Origin: Octopus vulgaris
Taxonomy: Eukaryota
NCBI GenBank assembly: GCA_951406725.2
Contig: OX597814.1
Coordinates: 210,180,001 to 210,244,000, forward strand
DNA length: 64,000 bases
Direction of reading: 5' to 3'
Shown: positions 1-14,300 of the stretch, in pieces
Numbering within the stretch: position 1 is the stretch's first letter
How the letters are laid out: each line of letters starts with the position of its first letter
Notes under the pieces: generated by a model
Seen by the model: only the letters and a program-made list of their open reading frames with translations
The model's database searches: none
What the model was told of the DNA's origin: nothing
Program-made: the position numbers and the translations under genes

Positions 1-311
1 GCACACTGTGTTTGCAGAAAAAAGCGAAAACAGCAAAATCTAAAGTAGCATTATATACACTTATATTTTAGAAAAAAAAATTAGTCCATCTAACGAAAGT
101 AGCGAAATGGAAAAGTACATATTCTTCCACTAGTAACTTATTTCTTGGTCTTTATTAATTTACTTACTATTTTACCTTTCTCTCTTTCTTGTTGCTCTTC
201 TTCATTGTTTTTCTTTATTTTTCTTTCTTTGTTTATTTGTATTTTGTTCAATTTTACTATTTTCTCAAATTTTCTGTTGTTTTCCTCAGCTCTTTTGTTC
301 ATTGTTTTGAT

Positions 312-312
<1 letters not shown>

Positions 313-350
<38 letters not shown>

Positions 351-474
351 ACTTTTCTTTCTTTCTTTCTTTCTTTCTTTCTTTCCTGAAAGCTTTTATG
401 ATCTTTCTTTTTTGCTTTTCTTCTTTCGTCTTGTCATGCTGTAAGCTTTTCTTTCTGTCATTTCTCGCTTTCAT

Positions 475-508
<34 letters not shown>

Positions 509-510
509 TC
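313..510. repeat. (TTTC)n and (CT)n microsatellites
   Basis: Visible tandem repeats at 313-385 and 473-510. Confidence 0.95.
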
Positions 511-1095
511 ACTGCCTCTCATTGTATTTTATATCTATTACCCATTCTCGTTTCTCACTCAAACACTTTCACTCTCTACAATGCACCTATTTCTCTCTAG
601 CACTATCTTACATGCACATCTATTTTACAGAAAGTGTTGGATCTCGTGCCAGTTTCGTCAATGTGTGATTCGCTTGTTTGATCAACGAAATTATATAGAT
701 AAACATTGAAGTATAGCGTAAGTCGCTTGCAAATAATTTCTATGCAAACTCCACAGCTTCACGGTGTGTCACTAAGCAAAATACCTTGACTTACAGCTAA
801 AGCCCAGTGAATGTGGTCTTCTGCACAGTTTCTGTTTGAGGCTATTGTAGAAAGCACTTGTTCAATGTCCTACAAAATGGTATTGAACGTGATGATTACA
901 AAACGAATTGTAAATCATTTCTTATTTCTGTATTTTCATTTAAAAGCATTATAATACAACGTGAGATAATGAACGTGTACCGAAAGATATTCCAGCTTCA
1001 TATAATTCCATGATGTGATTATATGTGATTACAAACATACTAAGATACGAGAGAATACAGATTTCAACATATTCACTAAGAGCATGTGTGTGTGT

Positions 1096-1153
<58 letters not shown>

Positions 1154-4100
1154 GCGTGCGCGTATGGCGCACTTATGTGTGTCTTTACCGATTGTACATT
1201 CAATCCACTGCCGAATTTAAACCATTATCCGTTGTCCGGGAATTTTTATAACGGTTCATTCTTTTGCAGCAAATCGAGTGACATGATAGGTCAGAGATCT
1301 GAGGATGACTTTTCTTCCTTTGAATAATCTATGTAAAAGTACATATGCCTGCATTCATGTACACTATCGGATAGAAGTATTTCACATTGTCACGTCGAGG
1401 TAGGAATGGCTGGAATGTATTTGATTATAGAATTGCTTGGTCTAAATTGCCATGCTGATTTGTGCGTGCGTATGTGAGTGAATATGCTTGGCAAACGCCA
1501 TTAAAAAGTAACAGAGCATACTTTGCTCAAATGTATGCATCAGTGTCAAGAATTCTAAGTATTTGCTTTCAGTCTCATATTATAAACAAAGAAAGGAATT
1601 AGTCGAGCAAACGAAGCTGACCGAACTAATAGTCAGTGTGATATTTGTAACCAGTCTACAACCTATACTTATATAACACTCTTTACACTTTTAATTTAAG
1701 AACGTATTGAACCATTATGATTTGCTTAAAATTTCTGTCTGATCCACTAACAATAATATAAACATATACATACACACATACACACACACGCGCGTGCACA
1801 CAAACACACGCATATTCCCACGGTGCGCGCTCAGATACACACACAAAAACACCTATACAGACTCATGATTCAGTAATTCGTTCTTTCACTCTCACCATTC
1901 ACTCCATCGGCTTTTATCGCAAAGCTATCTCGCTAACGCACTTGTCGTTTCTCACTGCTCACCACGAACTTTGCAATGCTCTCAAAAGACCCCCTCACAC
2001 ACAGACACCTGTCTACCAGACACATACATATAAATAAAAAAAGATAGAGAAAAATGTAATGGTGAATATGAACATGAAAATTTAATGAGGTAAAACTCTG
2101 TTCTCTCTGCAAAAAATGATCACGAGGTATTTACGTATTGCCGCTTTAACAATATACAATATCAACGTCCGTATCCACGAATAACCAGCACACGCAAGTG
2201 CATCTATGTTCATAGTCATCTGCGTATTGCTATATAGCTGTACATGATTATCAGTTTTAGCGCATCTAACCAGTACACATTAGATAAATCTAATGGACTT
2301 CTGGAATCATGTCTAAGTGCTCAATTTTTATACCGGATACTGGTGAGCAAAAGGCATATAAAGCATTAAAAGGAATATTAATCGGAGAAATATTCTATTA
2401 GACGTGATTGAAGCAGACATAGTAGTTATAGAATTAGTAGTAGTTGTAATACTAGGTGTAATGTTAATCGTTGTTATCATGCTATGGATAAAATATTTCG
2501 TCACCTGAGACGTGTGATGACAAGAAAGTTGATTATTATCAAGCTGTATACTTCGTGTAAAGTTAGTTAATACCGTAAAGGTAGATAATAGATTATTAGA
2601 AGCGAATAAAATCCACGATATGTAAGCAATTGTTTTAAGGTAACTTTAAACGTATGTGAAATATAGCGATAACAAAATGATTTATATGATTATATGTCTG
2701 TGTATATACAATTAAGTTTGTATATAATGCATATGGATAAGCATACACACACAAATACCAGCCATATCTATTCCAAATCACAACTTATTGACTTAAAAGA
2801 AGAACACGCAGGTAATGTGATTCTGGGTTCCTGGAATTTGGAATGGAGGACACATTACATAATGTATTTTTATACAAAAGGTACGGTGACACATGAAAAA
2901 TATTTGAACATAGGTCGTTTGAATCAGAGTTGATCTGAAACTAAATACAAATATGGAAACGTACAGAACTATACCAAAACGCACTGGCGCTTTTATTAAT
3001 AGTCTCCTTCTGTTGAGAGCTGGTGATGAAATTTTTAGAACATTAGAAAAATACAACGCCATATGTTTCGTTCCTTGACATCATAAATTGGTATTCTATT
3101 AGGCCGTTATTTAACATTTTGTGTCTTAGAGTAATGACACAAATATCACTAAAGTTTTGGAGTCAATTTATTTGACTGCTTATAACGTAAAGTTTACGGA
3201 TATAAGTAGATGATAGCTGTGGTCACATTTGATATTACTACTGGTATTCTTTTATTTTTTTGTACGTTTCAGCTACCAGGCTGTGGCCATGGTGGAGCAA
3301 GAAATGATTTTTATACATTGATTATACGACGCACATGCCTTTGTCGGCCATCAACATTAGAACAGTTGCAATATATTACAGGTCGGTAGTTATTCAAATA
3401 GTGTGAGTCATTATTAAGGAATTAAAATCGAAAGCTATCTTGGAAAATTAGATCAATGAGTATGAGTTATAATGCATTTAAAGTTTACGGCATGTAACCT
3501 AATATTCTAAATGCATGATTGAATATTATTAAAGGAAAATATTAAAAAGAGCGAAAAGTATGATATATGTTTCACCTTGGACATCAGTTCGATATGAATA
3601 TACCTACAGTTGCAATGACCTTTAGAGTGTAGTATTTAATCTATTTCAAGGAGTTGCTTTCGATATCACAGTTAGTAAAGGTACTGAGGATGAATAAGTG
3701 CAAGTTTGGCAACATTTGATATTAGTTTCTGTTGTTGCTATAAGAATGATTATATTTATCTCTATATTCAACGAAATTCTGAAATTTTGATCAGTGGTAT
3801 TTTAACACAAGTCTATTCATCTGTAAAATCAGAGCGTTGTAATGAAATTTCTTTTGAAGGCTGATTCATACAATTTTTTCTCTATTTCAATGAATTAAAA
3901 TATCACTTCATTAATCAAGCACTTCAAAGGAATAAAGTAAACTGAGAAACATGTTAACAATCTCAGGAAGAGGTACGAATTTGAATGTCGAAAATGATAC
4001 GTAGTATACTGAAAAGAATAGAAACTAAGTGAAACACAATGTACATACAATTTAAAAAGCTGTTAAAAAGTATATTTTCAATTAATTAAATTTTACGCAA

Positions 4101-4884
4101 GTGTTTCAAATTGTTAGATTGCTAAGTAGAAAATAAGTAGTCTTGTTCTTTTAAAAATCTGTGTTTGCACAAAGTACTTCCGTGATTAATGCGAGGAGTT
4201 GTTAATGTATTTTATGTATCAGCGTGGCATTTGTCTATCAGTCAAGTAGAAACGTTATTTTAAAGAGCTACAATAAAAATTCAAGTAAAAGTGTTAAGTC
4301 GTAATTAACATTAGCCCAAATAATAACACGGAAACAAAGGGCGAGACACATGCCAACAATGGATACTCGCTCTGACTCTTAGAAGCAGCAGCCAAATATC
4401 TCACAAAGCTTAACTGATCATCTTGGAAAAGAACACCTTAAGCAGCAAGATTTAGTGTTCGTTGTGAACAGGAAAAATATCAGTGTAATTACATCGCATG
4501 GGAGATTAAGAGGGTATTAATATTGTTGATTTCTACAACTAAAGGTAACAAAGGCTAAGTGAGCCAACGCTACTTTCATCAAGGTAAAAATAGATAACTC
4601 TTTATAGACGACTCTATCATTATTAAAAGGTAGTCAGTCATGACACCAGCATCACTAAAAATGACACCAATAATAATAGAGCAACTTTCCCGAGTACTGG
4701 GGCTGCTGCAGGAGGAAGAAATACAGGTAAGAAGGAAATCTAATAGGAGTAGGCAACATCACAACAATGCTCCCTAATCACTCATGGATAGAACCCATCA
4801 AAGCAACGTCAACTATCAGTCAAATGTTATAGTAAACAAGGCAGTGACCGAGAGAACAATTCCAATAACTGGTGATATATAATA

Positions 4885-6357
4885 GAAGTAGGCATCTGGC
4901 GGTCTCGAAAGGCTATGAATCTGCGCCTGGAAGAAACGTGTTAGCTGCTGAATGGGGTGCTGCGTCTGCTGTGGCACTAGAGGCCCACACAGGAGTGGGA
5001 GTCACTCATACAGCGACTGTATTTGAAGTAGCTCTCTACCGGTGTTAGAGTTTTTTCCTTCCGTCGACTGTGCTTTTCGTTGATGACGAGTTCCTGTTTT
5101 TCATTCTCTCGCTTCATCCCCTTTCGCAGTATTTGTCTCCAGGGTGGGCAATTATTTACGACATCCCATATCACGACGTCGAGATCAAGCGACTTCATAT
5201 CTCTCTTGCAGACGTCCTTGAAACCAAGATGCGGTCGTCCTCGTGCTCTTGTGTCGTTGGCCAATTCTCCATACAAGGTGTGTGGGATCCTCCCGTCCTG
5301 CATGCGATGTACATGACCAAGCCAACGCGGACAACGCTGTTCAAGCAGAGTGAGTATGCTGGATATCTTGGTTCGGTTGAGGCCTTCGGCTTTGGTGATG
5401 TGGTTGGATATCCAAGTTAACCATCTGAACTGATATGAAAGTAAACACAATTATTTGATGTCTCAAATGCTTGTTTCAGCATGAGTGCAAAGAAGATGCT
5501 AAGCAAAGTGGGAGAATGCCCACAATCATGCTTCACGTAGCAACGTATGTTGAATACTTCCGAGAAAGAGTCATCAAATTGAACAACGCTTTTCATATCT
5601 GCGTGAAATTATTGAACAAACTTGAGTAGACTTGTAGGACAGCCAATCTTGGCAAGGATTTTGAATAGGCCGTCTCTACTGACTAGGTCAAAAGCTTTTG
5701 TGAGATCAATCAAAGTGATGAAGTGTGTTTGCGTTTGCTCCAGACGCTTCTGAAGTTGTCGAAAATATATCATGTCGGTGGTAGAGCACACTGAGTTTCG
5801 GTGTATACCCTCTCAGCGAATTTTTGTAGTCTCGTAACAGCGAGATGCCTCGGTAATTATTGCAGTCGCTTTTGTCCCCTTTGTTCTTATATAAGGTGAC
5901 AATGTTGCAGTCTCTCATGTTATGCAGGACTGCTCCCGTCCATCCAGCACTGACACATTAACTTCATTAAGTGGCTAAATAGAACTATTGCACATCTGAT
6001 CTCTGGTGCGACGCCGCCCAAACACGGTGCTTTTCCAGTGAGCAAGCCATCAATGGCTCTGCTCAAGTCTTCAGCAATTGGCATTGTGTCCAGCTCTTCC
6101 ATGACGGGTAGGTGTTCTGTAGTGTCTAGCGCGCTGCTCGAAATGCTGATTTCCTTGGCGTAGAGTTCGTACAAACCCTCACTTCAAGTGCTCCCTTTTG
6201 CTCCTGATGACTCCCTCTATTCTGGATTTGAATGGAGCTTTCTTGCTATGGGTCAGGCATAAATTCTGCGAATGTTGACCGTGTAAAACGACAGTTGGAT
6301 ATCTACACAAAGTTGTAAGCAGTAGTTATTTGCACAGCGATAAAACAGTTGCTCCCT
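4885..6357 (-). mobile_element. RTE-clade LINE, 5'-truncated, frameshifted, with an internal deletion
   Basis: Minus-strand peptides IVTLYKNKGDKSDCNNYRGISLL, LIDLTKAFDLVSRDGLFKILAKIGCP and RWLGHVHRMQDGRIPHTLYGEL..RGRPHLGFKDVCKRDMK are typical of RTE ORF2. An RTE-like short 3'UTR ends near 4885. Confidence 0.92.
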
Positions 6358-6359
6358 CA

Positions 6360-6673
6360 AAGCAATTTAAATAATATTTGGGATTTTGCGGAGGGTAAAA
6401 ATTGGTAGCAGAAATAGCAGATTGAAAACAAACAGAAAGGTCTGCTAAGCCTAAACCAGGTTGTAGTGATGAACGCGTAAATCAAGAAAGGGGGAAAACA
6501 AGAACACGTCTTCCTTGTTCCAGTTACAACGGAGAGAAAGAAAGACACACAAGTTAGGAGAAGAAAGATGTCCGATGGTCACGTGCATTTACATATACAT
6601 TTACGTATTCATACCTACATACTTGTATGTATATATATATATATATATATATATGTACGTATACATATGTATG

Positions 6674-6727
<54 letters not shown>

Positions 6728-6925
6728 GCATATATAGAGAGAAAGAGTTGAAATTTACCGACAAACAAAAGGCTCAGACAGATGTAGGAACAGCAAGCTG
6801 GAATAATAGCTTGATACTCGGGAAAATGAAAGAGTCTTTTACGTTCCGAGCCTACGCTCTTCAACAAAATGGGATAATAGAAAATAAACAGAGTAAGAAA
6901 AGTAACTTGTTGATTTAGCGGTCAA
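6360..6925 (-). mobile_element. Probable Penelope-like terminal-repeat fragment interrupted by (TA)n
   Basis: Minus strand carries TTGAAGAGCGTAGGCTCGGAACGTAAAA, a decayed minimal hammerhead-like motif. A related copy lies at ~62150-62230. Family assignment is inference. Confidence 0.4.
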
Positions 6926-6926
6926 G

Positions 6927-7320
<394 letters not shown>

Positions 7321-8008
7321 TGTGTGTCTATTTATGTATGAATGTGAGGTAGCAATGTCCTGCACGCAACTATAACAGGATAGCAATATTGCTTTTGTCG
7401 CAACTAATGCGAGAACAATGATTTGGTTCTCGGATAAATGTCGTAAATGTTCCTAATAATTTGCTGCATTGTGTCTAATTGAATAGCACTGATTGGAAAC
7501 GCGTACTTCATTGAGCTAAAACTAGAAAGAAATAATGGATGAATTGAAGAAATTCGATTACATAATTTGATTTTGCGGCTGAAGACGTGAATTAAAGTAA
7601 CAAGGTGCTTATGCTTATTACTTTACCTCAAGCAACGCATAGAGAACTAACTAACTATAGTGAACTTTTGACTACATCGGCCTGCAACATTTAAGTTACT
7701 TAATGCTTATCGGAGGACTCGTCATTACCTTAACTTGCAGCGTATGTCAAATTGATACATTTACAATATGAGAAGTTTTATCCATTTTTCATTTCTATTT
7801 GCACAAAAATCTTGTTTGATTTCTTATATGTATGTATGTATGTATACGTATTTAGATAAGTGTACACCTATATGCACATATGCATATATGACGTGTATAT
7901 GACTATATGTATACATACATATATGTATATATATACATATATATTAATCTCTCTCTCTACATATATATATTCATATATAAAGGTGTTTAAGGAGTTATAC
8001 ACCGAGAG

Positions 8009-8102
<94 letters not shown>

Positions 8103-8108
8103 ATACAT

Positions 8109-8140
<32 letters not shown>

Positions 8141-8614
8141 GATGTCATATAAAGTGATATATCAAACAAACTTAACATTCTACCAAAGGATAACTCATTC
8201 CTTTTTTAATAGAGTATATGTTTATTTAGTTTTACAAAAAAAAAAAATAGAAAAAGAAAAAAATACTTGAAAGTGATTTCCAATTAATTTTCGCAAACAA
8301 GAGGTTGAATGAGAGCTTAACAGCCATTATTACACTAACAGATGATTGAGAGTTGAAAGTATGGTTCTTTTGAACGTAGTGAACACTTTTCCTTGTAGTT
8401 CAAGTGTCCATACTCTTGTGCAGATTTACATGAGAAACATTCAGTGGTCTAGCATTTAAGGAAAGTTATTCGTTGTTGTGGTTTTGCTTCTTTGTTTCCA
8501 TGTTATTTTTTACTCTCTACACGGTTTTATTTAACCAATTCATTCCATCGTCCTCTAGTACTCTCTTGTAACGTCCTCAGTTTTTGTAAACCATTAGCGA
8601 GTTAAGCAAAGTCT

Positions 8615-8655
8615 ATTATTATTATCATTAATATCATTATTATTATTATTATCAT

Positions 8656-8702
<47 letters not shown>

Positions 8703-8850
8703 TTTTTACTACTACTATTATTATTATCATTACTACTACTACTGCTACTACTACTACTACTGTTATTATTTTTATTATTATTATTTTTACTACTACTACT
8801 ATTATTATTATCATTACTACTACTATTACTACTACTACTATTACTATTAT

Positions 8851-8890
<40 letters not shown>

Positions 8891-8937
8891 CACTGCTACT
8901 ACTACTACTATTACTACTACTACTATTATTATTATAT

Positions 8938-9025
<88 letters not shown>

Positions 9026-9068
9026 GTTATTATTATTATTGTTATTATTATTATTGTTATTATTATTA

Positions 9069-9120
<52 letters not shown>
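8615..9120. repeat. Compound (ATT)n/(ACT)n trinucleotide array
   Basis: About 500 bp of visible tandem trinucleotides. Confidence 0.97.
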
Positions 9121-9124
<4 letters not shown>

Positions 9125-9620
9125 TAGTTTTATTTTTATCACGTGCTTTCACTGCACTACCGAGCGCAGCTCTGTGTGCCTCAGCCATGTGCTTCGGTTT
9201 GTTGTGATGCTCTTATAGTTACTGTATTGAATGTGTTTTACGTAGGATGTGTGCAGTGTCTACTAGTGTTATTTTCTATATGTTATATACACTCGTTAGT
9301 CTTGGTCTTTTTGTGTATTTTTCTGAATATTTTTATCATACCTAATACGCCTATTATGATAGGAATTGTTTCTGGTTTTAGACTCCACATTCGTGATACC
9401 TTTATTTCCAGGTATCTGTATATTGAGAGTTTCTCCATTTCTTTTAGAGACACGTTGTCATCTGTTGGTATTGATACATCGATTAGAAAGCATTTTTCTT
9501 GATGATCTCTGACTACTATATCCGTCTTGTTAGCCTTATGTTTTGTATCTGTGTGTATTGGCATATCCCATAGTATGCTTGCTTTCTCATTTTCTTTGAC
9601 CTTTTCAGAGGTCTATTGCA
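9121..9620 (-). mobile_element. 3' end of an R4/Dong-clade non-LTR retrotransposon (restriction-like endonuclease domain plus 3'UTR)
   Basis: ENEKASILWDMPIHTD..ANKTDIVVRD..KCFLIDVSIPTDDNVSLKEMEKLSIY..EIKVSRMW..IPIIIGVLG, then DTAHILRK: a PD-(D/E)xK-type RLE. The 3'UTR runs directly into (AAT)n. Confidence 0.88.
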
Positions 9621-10480
9621 CTTGTGTGGCATGTATTATTTTACACTGAGTTGGTATTCAATGCCTGGTCCTGGAAAGCGATGATTAGGCTTTCAAAGAA
9701 TAGATAAACATCTGCACTAATCTTTTTCAGCCATGTTGGTAGCTGAGTGCTGATATTTCCAAGTGATCCAACTACTACTGGTATCACGTCTACTCTCAAC
9801 ATTGACCACAGCATTCGTATTTTCGACTTCAAATCGTCATAGTTGTTTATGTTTACTTCTTCCACATTGATCCTGTTGTCACCAGGGTATATGTCGATAA
9901 CCTTACATATGAACATCGCATCCCACAGGATTTTTCTGGGGTCTTACATGTTGATGTGCCTTGATGCTTGAGGAATCCTTATAATTATTTATTTTCAATT
10001 ACAACATTCAGACCTTTTATATCTACATCATACTTCTTAATGTTTCCATTCATTCTTAATTTCTCCATTTCATGTATTGACACTACACTGTTCAAAGAGT
10101 TTATATATTCAGAAATTCTACTTTTCCTCTTCCATCCATCGCTCAGTAGTACTCAATCCTTTCCACCACTATCCTACAAACAGCCTTGATAAGATTAGTT
10201 GTTTCTGTGATGTTCTTTGTTTCAGTGTGTCTCAAAACATTATTGAATTTACTCGTTTATTGATGTGGTCCATTGGTTAAGCCTTCTTAAAGTCACACAT
10301 AAATTCTGTCCCCTCCGTATCTAATAAGTCCAGAATTATGTCTATTATTAACCGATCTCCATTGTTTGAGTAGTAACTGATCTCAATTCTTTCACAGTTC
10401 ACGATATCGTATTCTTGCAAGGAATTGTCCATCACTTCTCCTTTTGCCACTTTCGTTTCTCCCATGCACAGCATCACCCG
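9621..10480 (-). mobile_element. Scrambled fragments of a second R4/Dong-like element
   Basis: ESLIIAFQDQALNT (post-RT), a second RLE piece (VIDIYPGD..YDDLKSKIRMLW..VIPVVVGSLG), and N-terminal motifs NITETTNLIKA and KYDVDIKGLNVVIE. Confidence 0.7.
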
Positions 10481-10504
10481 ATAACCTTCTTTTAATAGCT
10501 TTTT

Positions 10505-10705
10505 GCTCCAATTCTGTTAACCATCTATTCTACTACCGGAGAACCCAAGTGGATGCAAATGGCGTGCCTATCAGAGGATACACAAAACGAATGCACAGTG
10601 AATGGAAGGCAAGGAAAATGTTTGAAATTACTGAAGAGAGATTATGTAACCAAACAAGAGCAATACTAAAGAATGGATATTTAATAGAATTGAAGGTAGA
10701 AACGA
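10505..10705 (+). mobile_element. Inverted N-terminal fragment of an R4/Dong-like ORF
   Basis: PIRGYTKRMHSEWKARKMFEITEERLCNQTRAILKNGYLIELKVE resembles the GYRKRM..W..TEQRLCDQ.RAI.KNGWL motif at the start of R4/Dong ORFs (recalled). Confidence 0.7.
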
Positions 10706-10899
10706 TTATTATTATTGTTGTTGTTGTTGTTTTTGCTATTGTTGTTACTATATGAATTTGACGTAGAAAGGCGTACTTTTTTTTTGCAGTCTTTATAATC
10801 TCTTCTTTTAATGTGTGTAATTGAAGGGAAAATATATTTTGCATATCTCCTTCTAAGATCGCTTCTGTAACGTATTGAGTTATTTCTTCTTCAGCAATA

Positions 10900-11185
10900 G
10901 AGAGAGTGCTGAGAAAGAGAGAGAGAGAGGGAGAGAGAGAGAGAGAAAGAACAAGAGAGAGAGAGAAAGTCAGGAAGAGAGAGTAGGAGAGAAAAAGAGA
11001 TAGAATGAGAGATAGATAGATAAATAGAGAGAGAGAGAGAGAAACGGAACGAGAGAGAGAGGGAGACAGAGAGATAGAATGAGAGATAGATAGATAAATA
11101 GATAGGCAGATAGATAGATAAATAGATAGGCAGATAGATTGATAGAGAGAGAGAGAGCGGAAGAGAGGGAAAGAAAGAGAGGGGG
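10900..11185. repeat. (GA)n/(GATA)n purine-rich repeat
   Basis: Visible repeats. Confidence 0.95.
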
Positions 11186-12095
11186 AAGCGAAAAGTTGAT
11201 CCTTTTCGAACTTTTTAAACATTAATTTTTGTGTTTACATTGAACCTGAAAAAACATGGCACGAGTCAGAGATAAGCGCAACAGAAAAAAAAAAAACAAC
11301 AACAAACAAAAAAACCCCAAAAATACAAAACAAAAAACAAATCAAATGATTTTGAAAAAAAAAAGTCTATTGAATTTAGAATCGCAGAAAGGAAACCCGA
11401 AGAAAAAAAAGCCAATTTTAATCACACGGTATAATATAAACGCTTTACACGAATGAAAAAAAATTTTGGCAGAAAATACAAAAACAAATTTGTAACGATT
11501 TAGCAAAGAACAAGAAAAAAAGTGTCCACGTGGAAAACTTGATTTGTTTGTCCAGCAGCATTTACAAACATAAAGGCGTTTTGCCAAACGAAGGAATGAA
11601 TAGGAGAATCGAATGAAAAATAGGGAAAGCGTTTCAGCCTTCCTTCTTTGGCTAAAACTATCTCAAAAAGGCGGAGCCCGGGCATGAATAAACTGTCAGA
11701 GGAACAAAAAAATAAGGTTGGCGAAACTTTGTGACAAATAAAGTGCTTTAATACATCAATCGCTTACTAAACAGCGGAAAAAAAGAAGAAAAAAAAAAAA
11801 CAAACGAGCAAAACAAGTGCGTTATCTCTGCTACTCTAAAACCGTACAGGCATTACTCGTTCCATTAAATGAACAATTGCAAACAACTCTAGCCGAGGTG
11901 TGGAGTGAAACTGAGCCTGAAGTGAACAAACTCGAAGCGCTGGTGCGTTACGCATGTGACCAGAAGTAATGCATGGGTTGGCACAAAATAAACGTTGGAG
12001 TAACAGATATTGATTATGACATTGAGTCTTGATATCTCCTCACTTTTCTAGTGCTGCTGACAATCGCTGAAGTTATAAAAATGTGACATGATCGG

Positions 12096-12127
<32 letters not shown>

Positions 12128-12129
12128 TT

Positions 12130-13920
12130 TCTTCAAGTTCATCGTTATGCAAGGTCATCAAAATAACGTTTGTGCCTAGACATGGAGCCTCCTTTGTATC
12201 CCCACAAGGAGAAATGAGATCAACCTTTACAGATACGTGGAGGAAAAAAACCTTCATTGGCAGAAAGAAAGCGTATTGGACCATATGCAAACTTTTTTAA
12301 ACTGAAGATGGAATGAAAATACGAGCCTATACAAGCCGTATTACATTTATGCCGAAATTATTACCATAATATTCGGACCTGAAATGCAACAGAATTACAA
12401 TCCTGGGATAGAGGCCATTTTCTGAATGCAGTATGGACAGGTAGTTAACGCCGGCACAAAAGTGTGTAATATGTGAACGTGAGGGGTCATACGGATATAA
12501 AAATCATCATGAGACTCAAGATTACAAAAATAAAATTCTGAGTTGTGTCTTTCAGTGGGTGGTGTAGAGCAAGATTTTAATACTGATTTTTTATAGCAGA
12601 AAGCCTCGTGTGTAGTTCAGTCGCCTCAAATCTGGTAGTAAATGCTGTATTAAGGTTTTTCTACTCTGAAGATGAGAAGGAAAGAAACAACACCAGCAAC
12701 AAGCATGGAGGTCTGCTGGTTCCGAGTGAGAAGACCTTTATGAAAAAGCGGATGATGAGCTAAAAAAAAACGAATTTTAAAATGTAATTGAAACAATGTG
12801 GTGAGGGCTTAGTATGTTGTTAATAGAATCGACTCCAACAAACGAGACTTTGCGAGACTTTGAAAAGACCGCAGTTTATAGTTAAGTAACAAGAAATCAT
12901 TGTGGTGTGCATACTGGATAAAATGGGGATCCCAGATACATAAATAGTTGATAATAGATAACACAAAGAAAAACGAAATAGGAAAAAGAAAATTATCCCA
13001 ACAATGAAAAGGATGATTCAAGATACTCTGCAGAACAGCAAGAATTCGGATCTTAATGATATACCAAACCAGATGCTTTCTCCGGCTTTTTGTTTCCGAC
13101 CTCAGCTTACGGATAGTTTCGTTTATGTGGGTTTGGGTTCATGTACCTACATTAGTTTCTCCACACTGACCCTTCATGAAATTTAATGGATGACAGCATG
13201 TTTTCTATCATTCCCTTTCTCGTGAAGAGAAAAAGGCTATCCCCATCTGCAAAATCCATCGTTCTCACAAATTTACAATAGCGGCAACTAAACAAATTTT
13301 TATTTTTACTATAGTCATCAGACATATGAAGATTTCTCACTCTCTCTTGACAAAGGAAGATTGTAGTTCTATATTCATGAGTGACTCAACGGATTGTCTA
13401 AACCAAACCCCCATGTGATAAAAGCGGTTTAATATAAAACCGCAAAACAGCAATGTTTGGACACTGAACAAGTGCGTGGTGGTGTGTTACAATACACATG
13501 TATATCTACTGATTTCACTGAAGCGATATCTAGATTTTGTCCTTTACATGCTATGCAACTCTGACCAGAAAAGAAATAGTGAAGATTATTCATAATTTCC
13601 GAATATTCTTTGAAAGAGACTATTCAAACACTTCCCGAAATCTCCTAAACTCGCTTCTTGGTTGCTGCCATTTGAAATATCCAAACAACATATTTTCTCT
13701 TCAGCAAGTAACGGCTTCTGAGGAATCATTACTACGGCTGGCAGTGCTACATCATTCCTATGGCTTCGCTTTCTGGAAGCAACATCGCTTGTCTAATAAA
13801 CAACGGAGGATAAGTGAAAATAAGAGTTGCTTCTTGAATTGGAGAACGCACAGGAATGTAATAGACACGATCAAACAAAAGATTTCAAAATCCTATCCAG
13901 AAATTCCATGTTCAGCTCGG
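12130..13920 (+). mobile_element. Highly decayed non-LTR reverse transcriptase remnant (RTE-like)
   Basis: Ordered motif relics across frames: DFEKT (cf. DFEKAFD), KKSLWC, ILDKMGIPD, NDIPNQMLSPAF (cf. GVPQG.LSP), LMDDSM (cf. YADD). Many stops; boundaries approximate. Confidence 0.45.
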
Positions 13921-13984
13921 CTTCAAATAACAACAACAACAACAACAATAATAATTTCTAACAAGAGTACAACTTCAAATAGTT

Positions 13985-14300
13985 GGAGACAGTGATTAGT
14001 CGATGCAATCAACTTCAGTACTTGATTGGGATTATATTTTATGGATGTCCGAGTGATGAAAGGCAGATTTTATCTTAGTTTCTCCTGCTCACAAATCTTT
14101 CTTTTTGATATCCTCACAATTCTGCAAGCTTGTTGCATTTAATTGTTTGCTATATAGACACAAGGTCAGACATTTGTGAAGAGAAGTCGATTAAATATAC
14201 TCCAGTATTTAAATAATACGCTATTTTACTCATATTGTAAAAATGAAGGTTAAATATGACCCCGGCAGAATTTGAAAACTCAGAACTTAAATAATAGGAA
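13985..14300 (-). mobile_element. Two degenerate Meta-domain SINE fragments
   Basis: Partial matches (ttagtcgat..., atgaaaggc, gcagaatttgaaaactcagaac) to the intact copies at 19034 and 32204. Confidence 0.6.

Noticed and set aside
1256-1328. Possible minus-strand terminal exon (LFKGRKVILRSLTYHVTRFAAKE*)
   Set aside because: Only a modest acceptor and no recognisable homology.
12130-12480. Endogenous viral element
   Set aside because: Downstream motif relics fit a decayed non-LTR RT better; no viral motif recognised.
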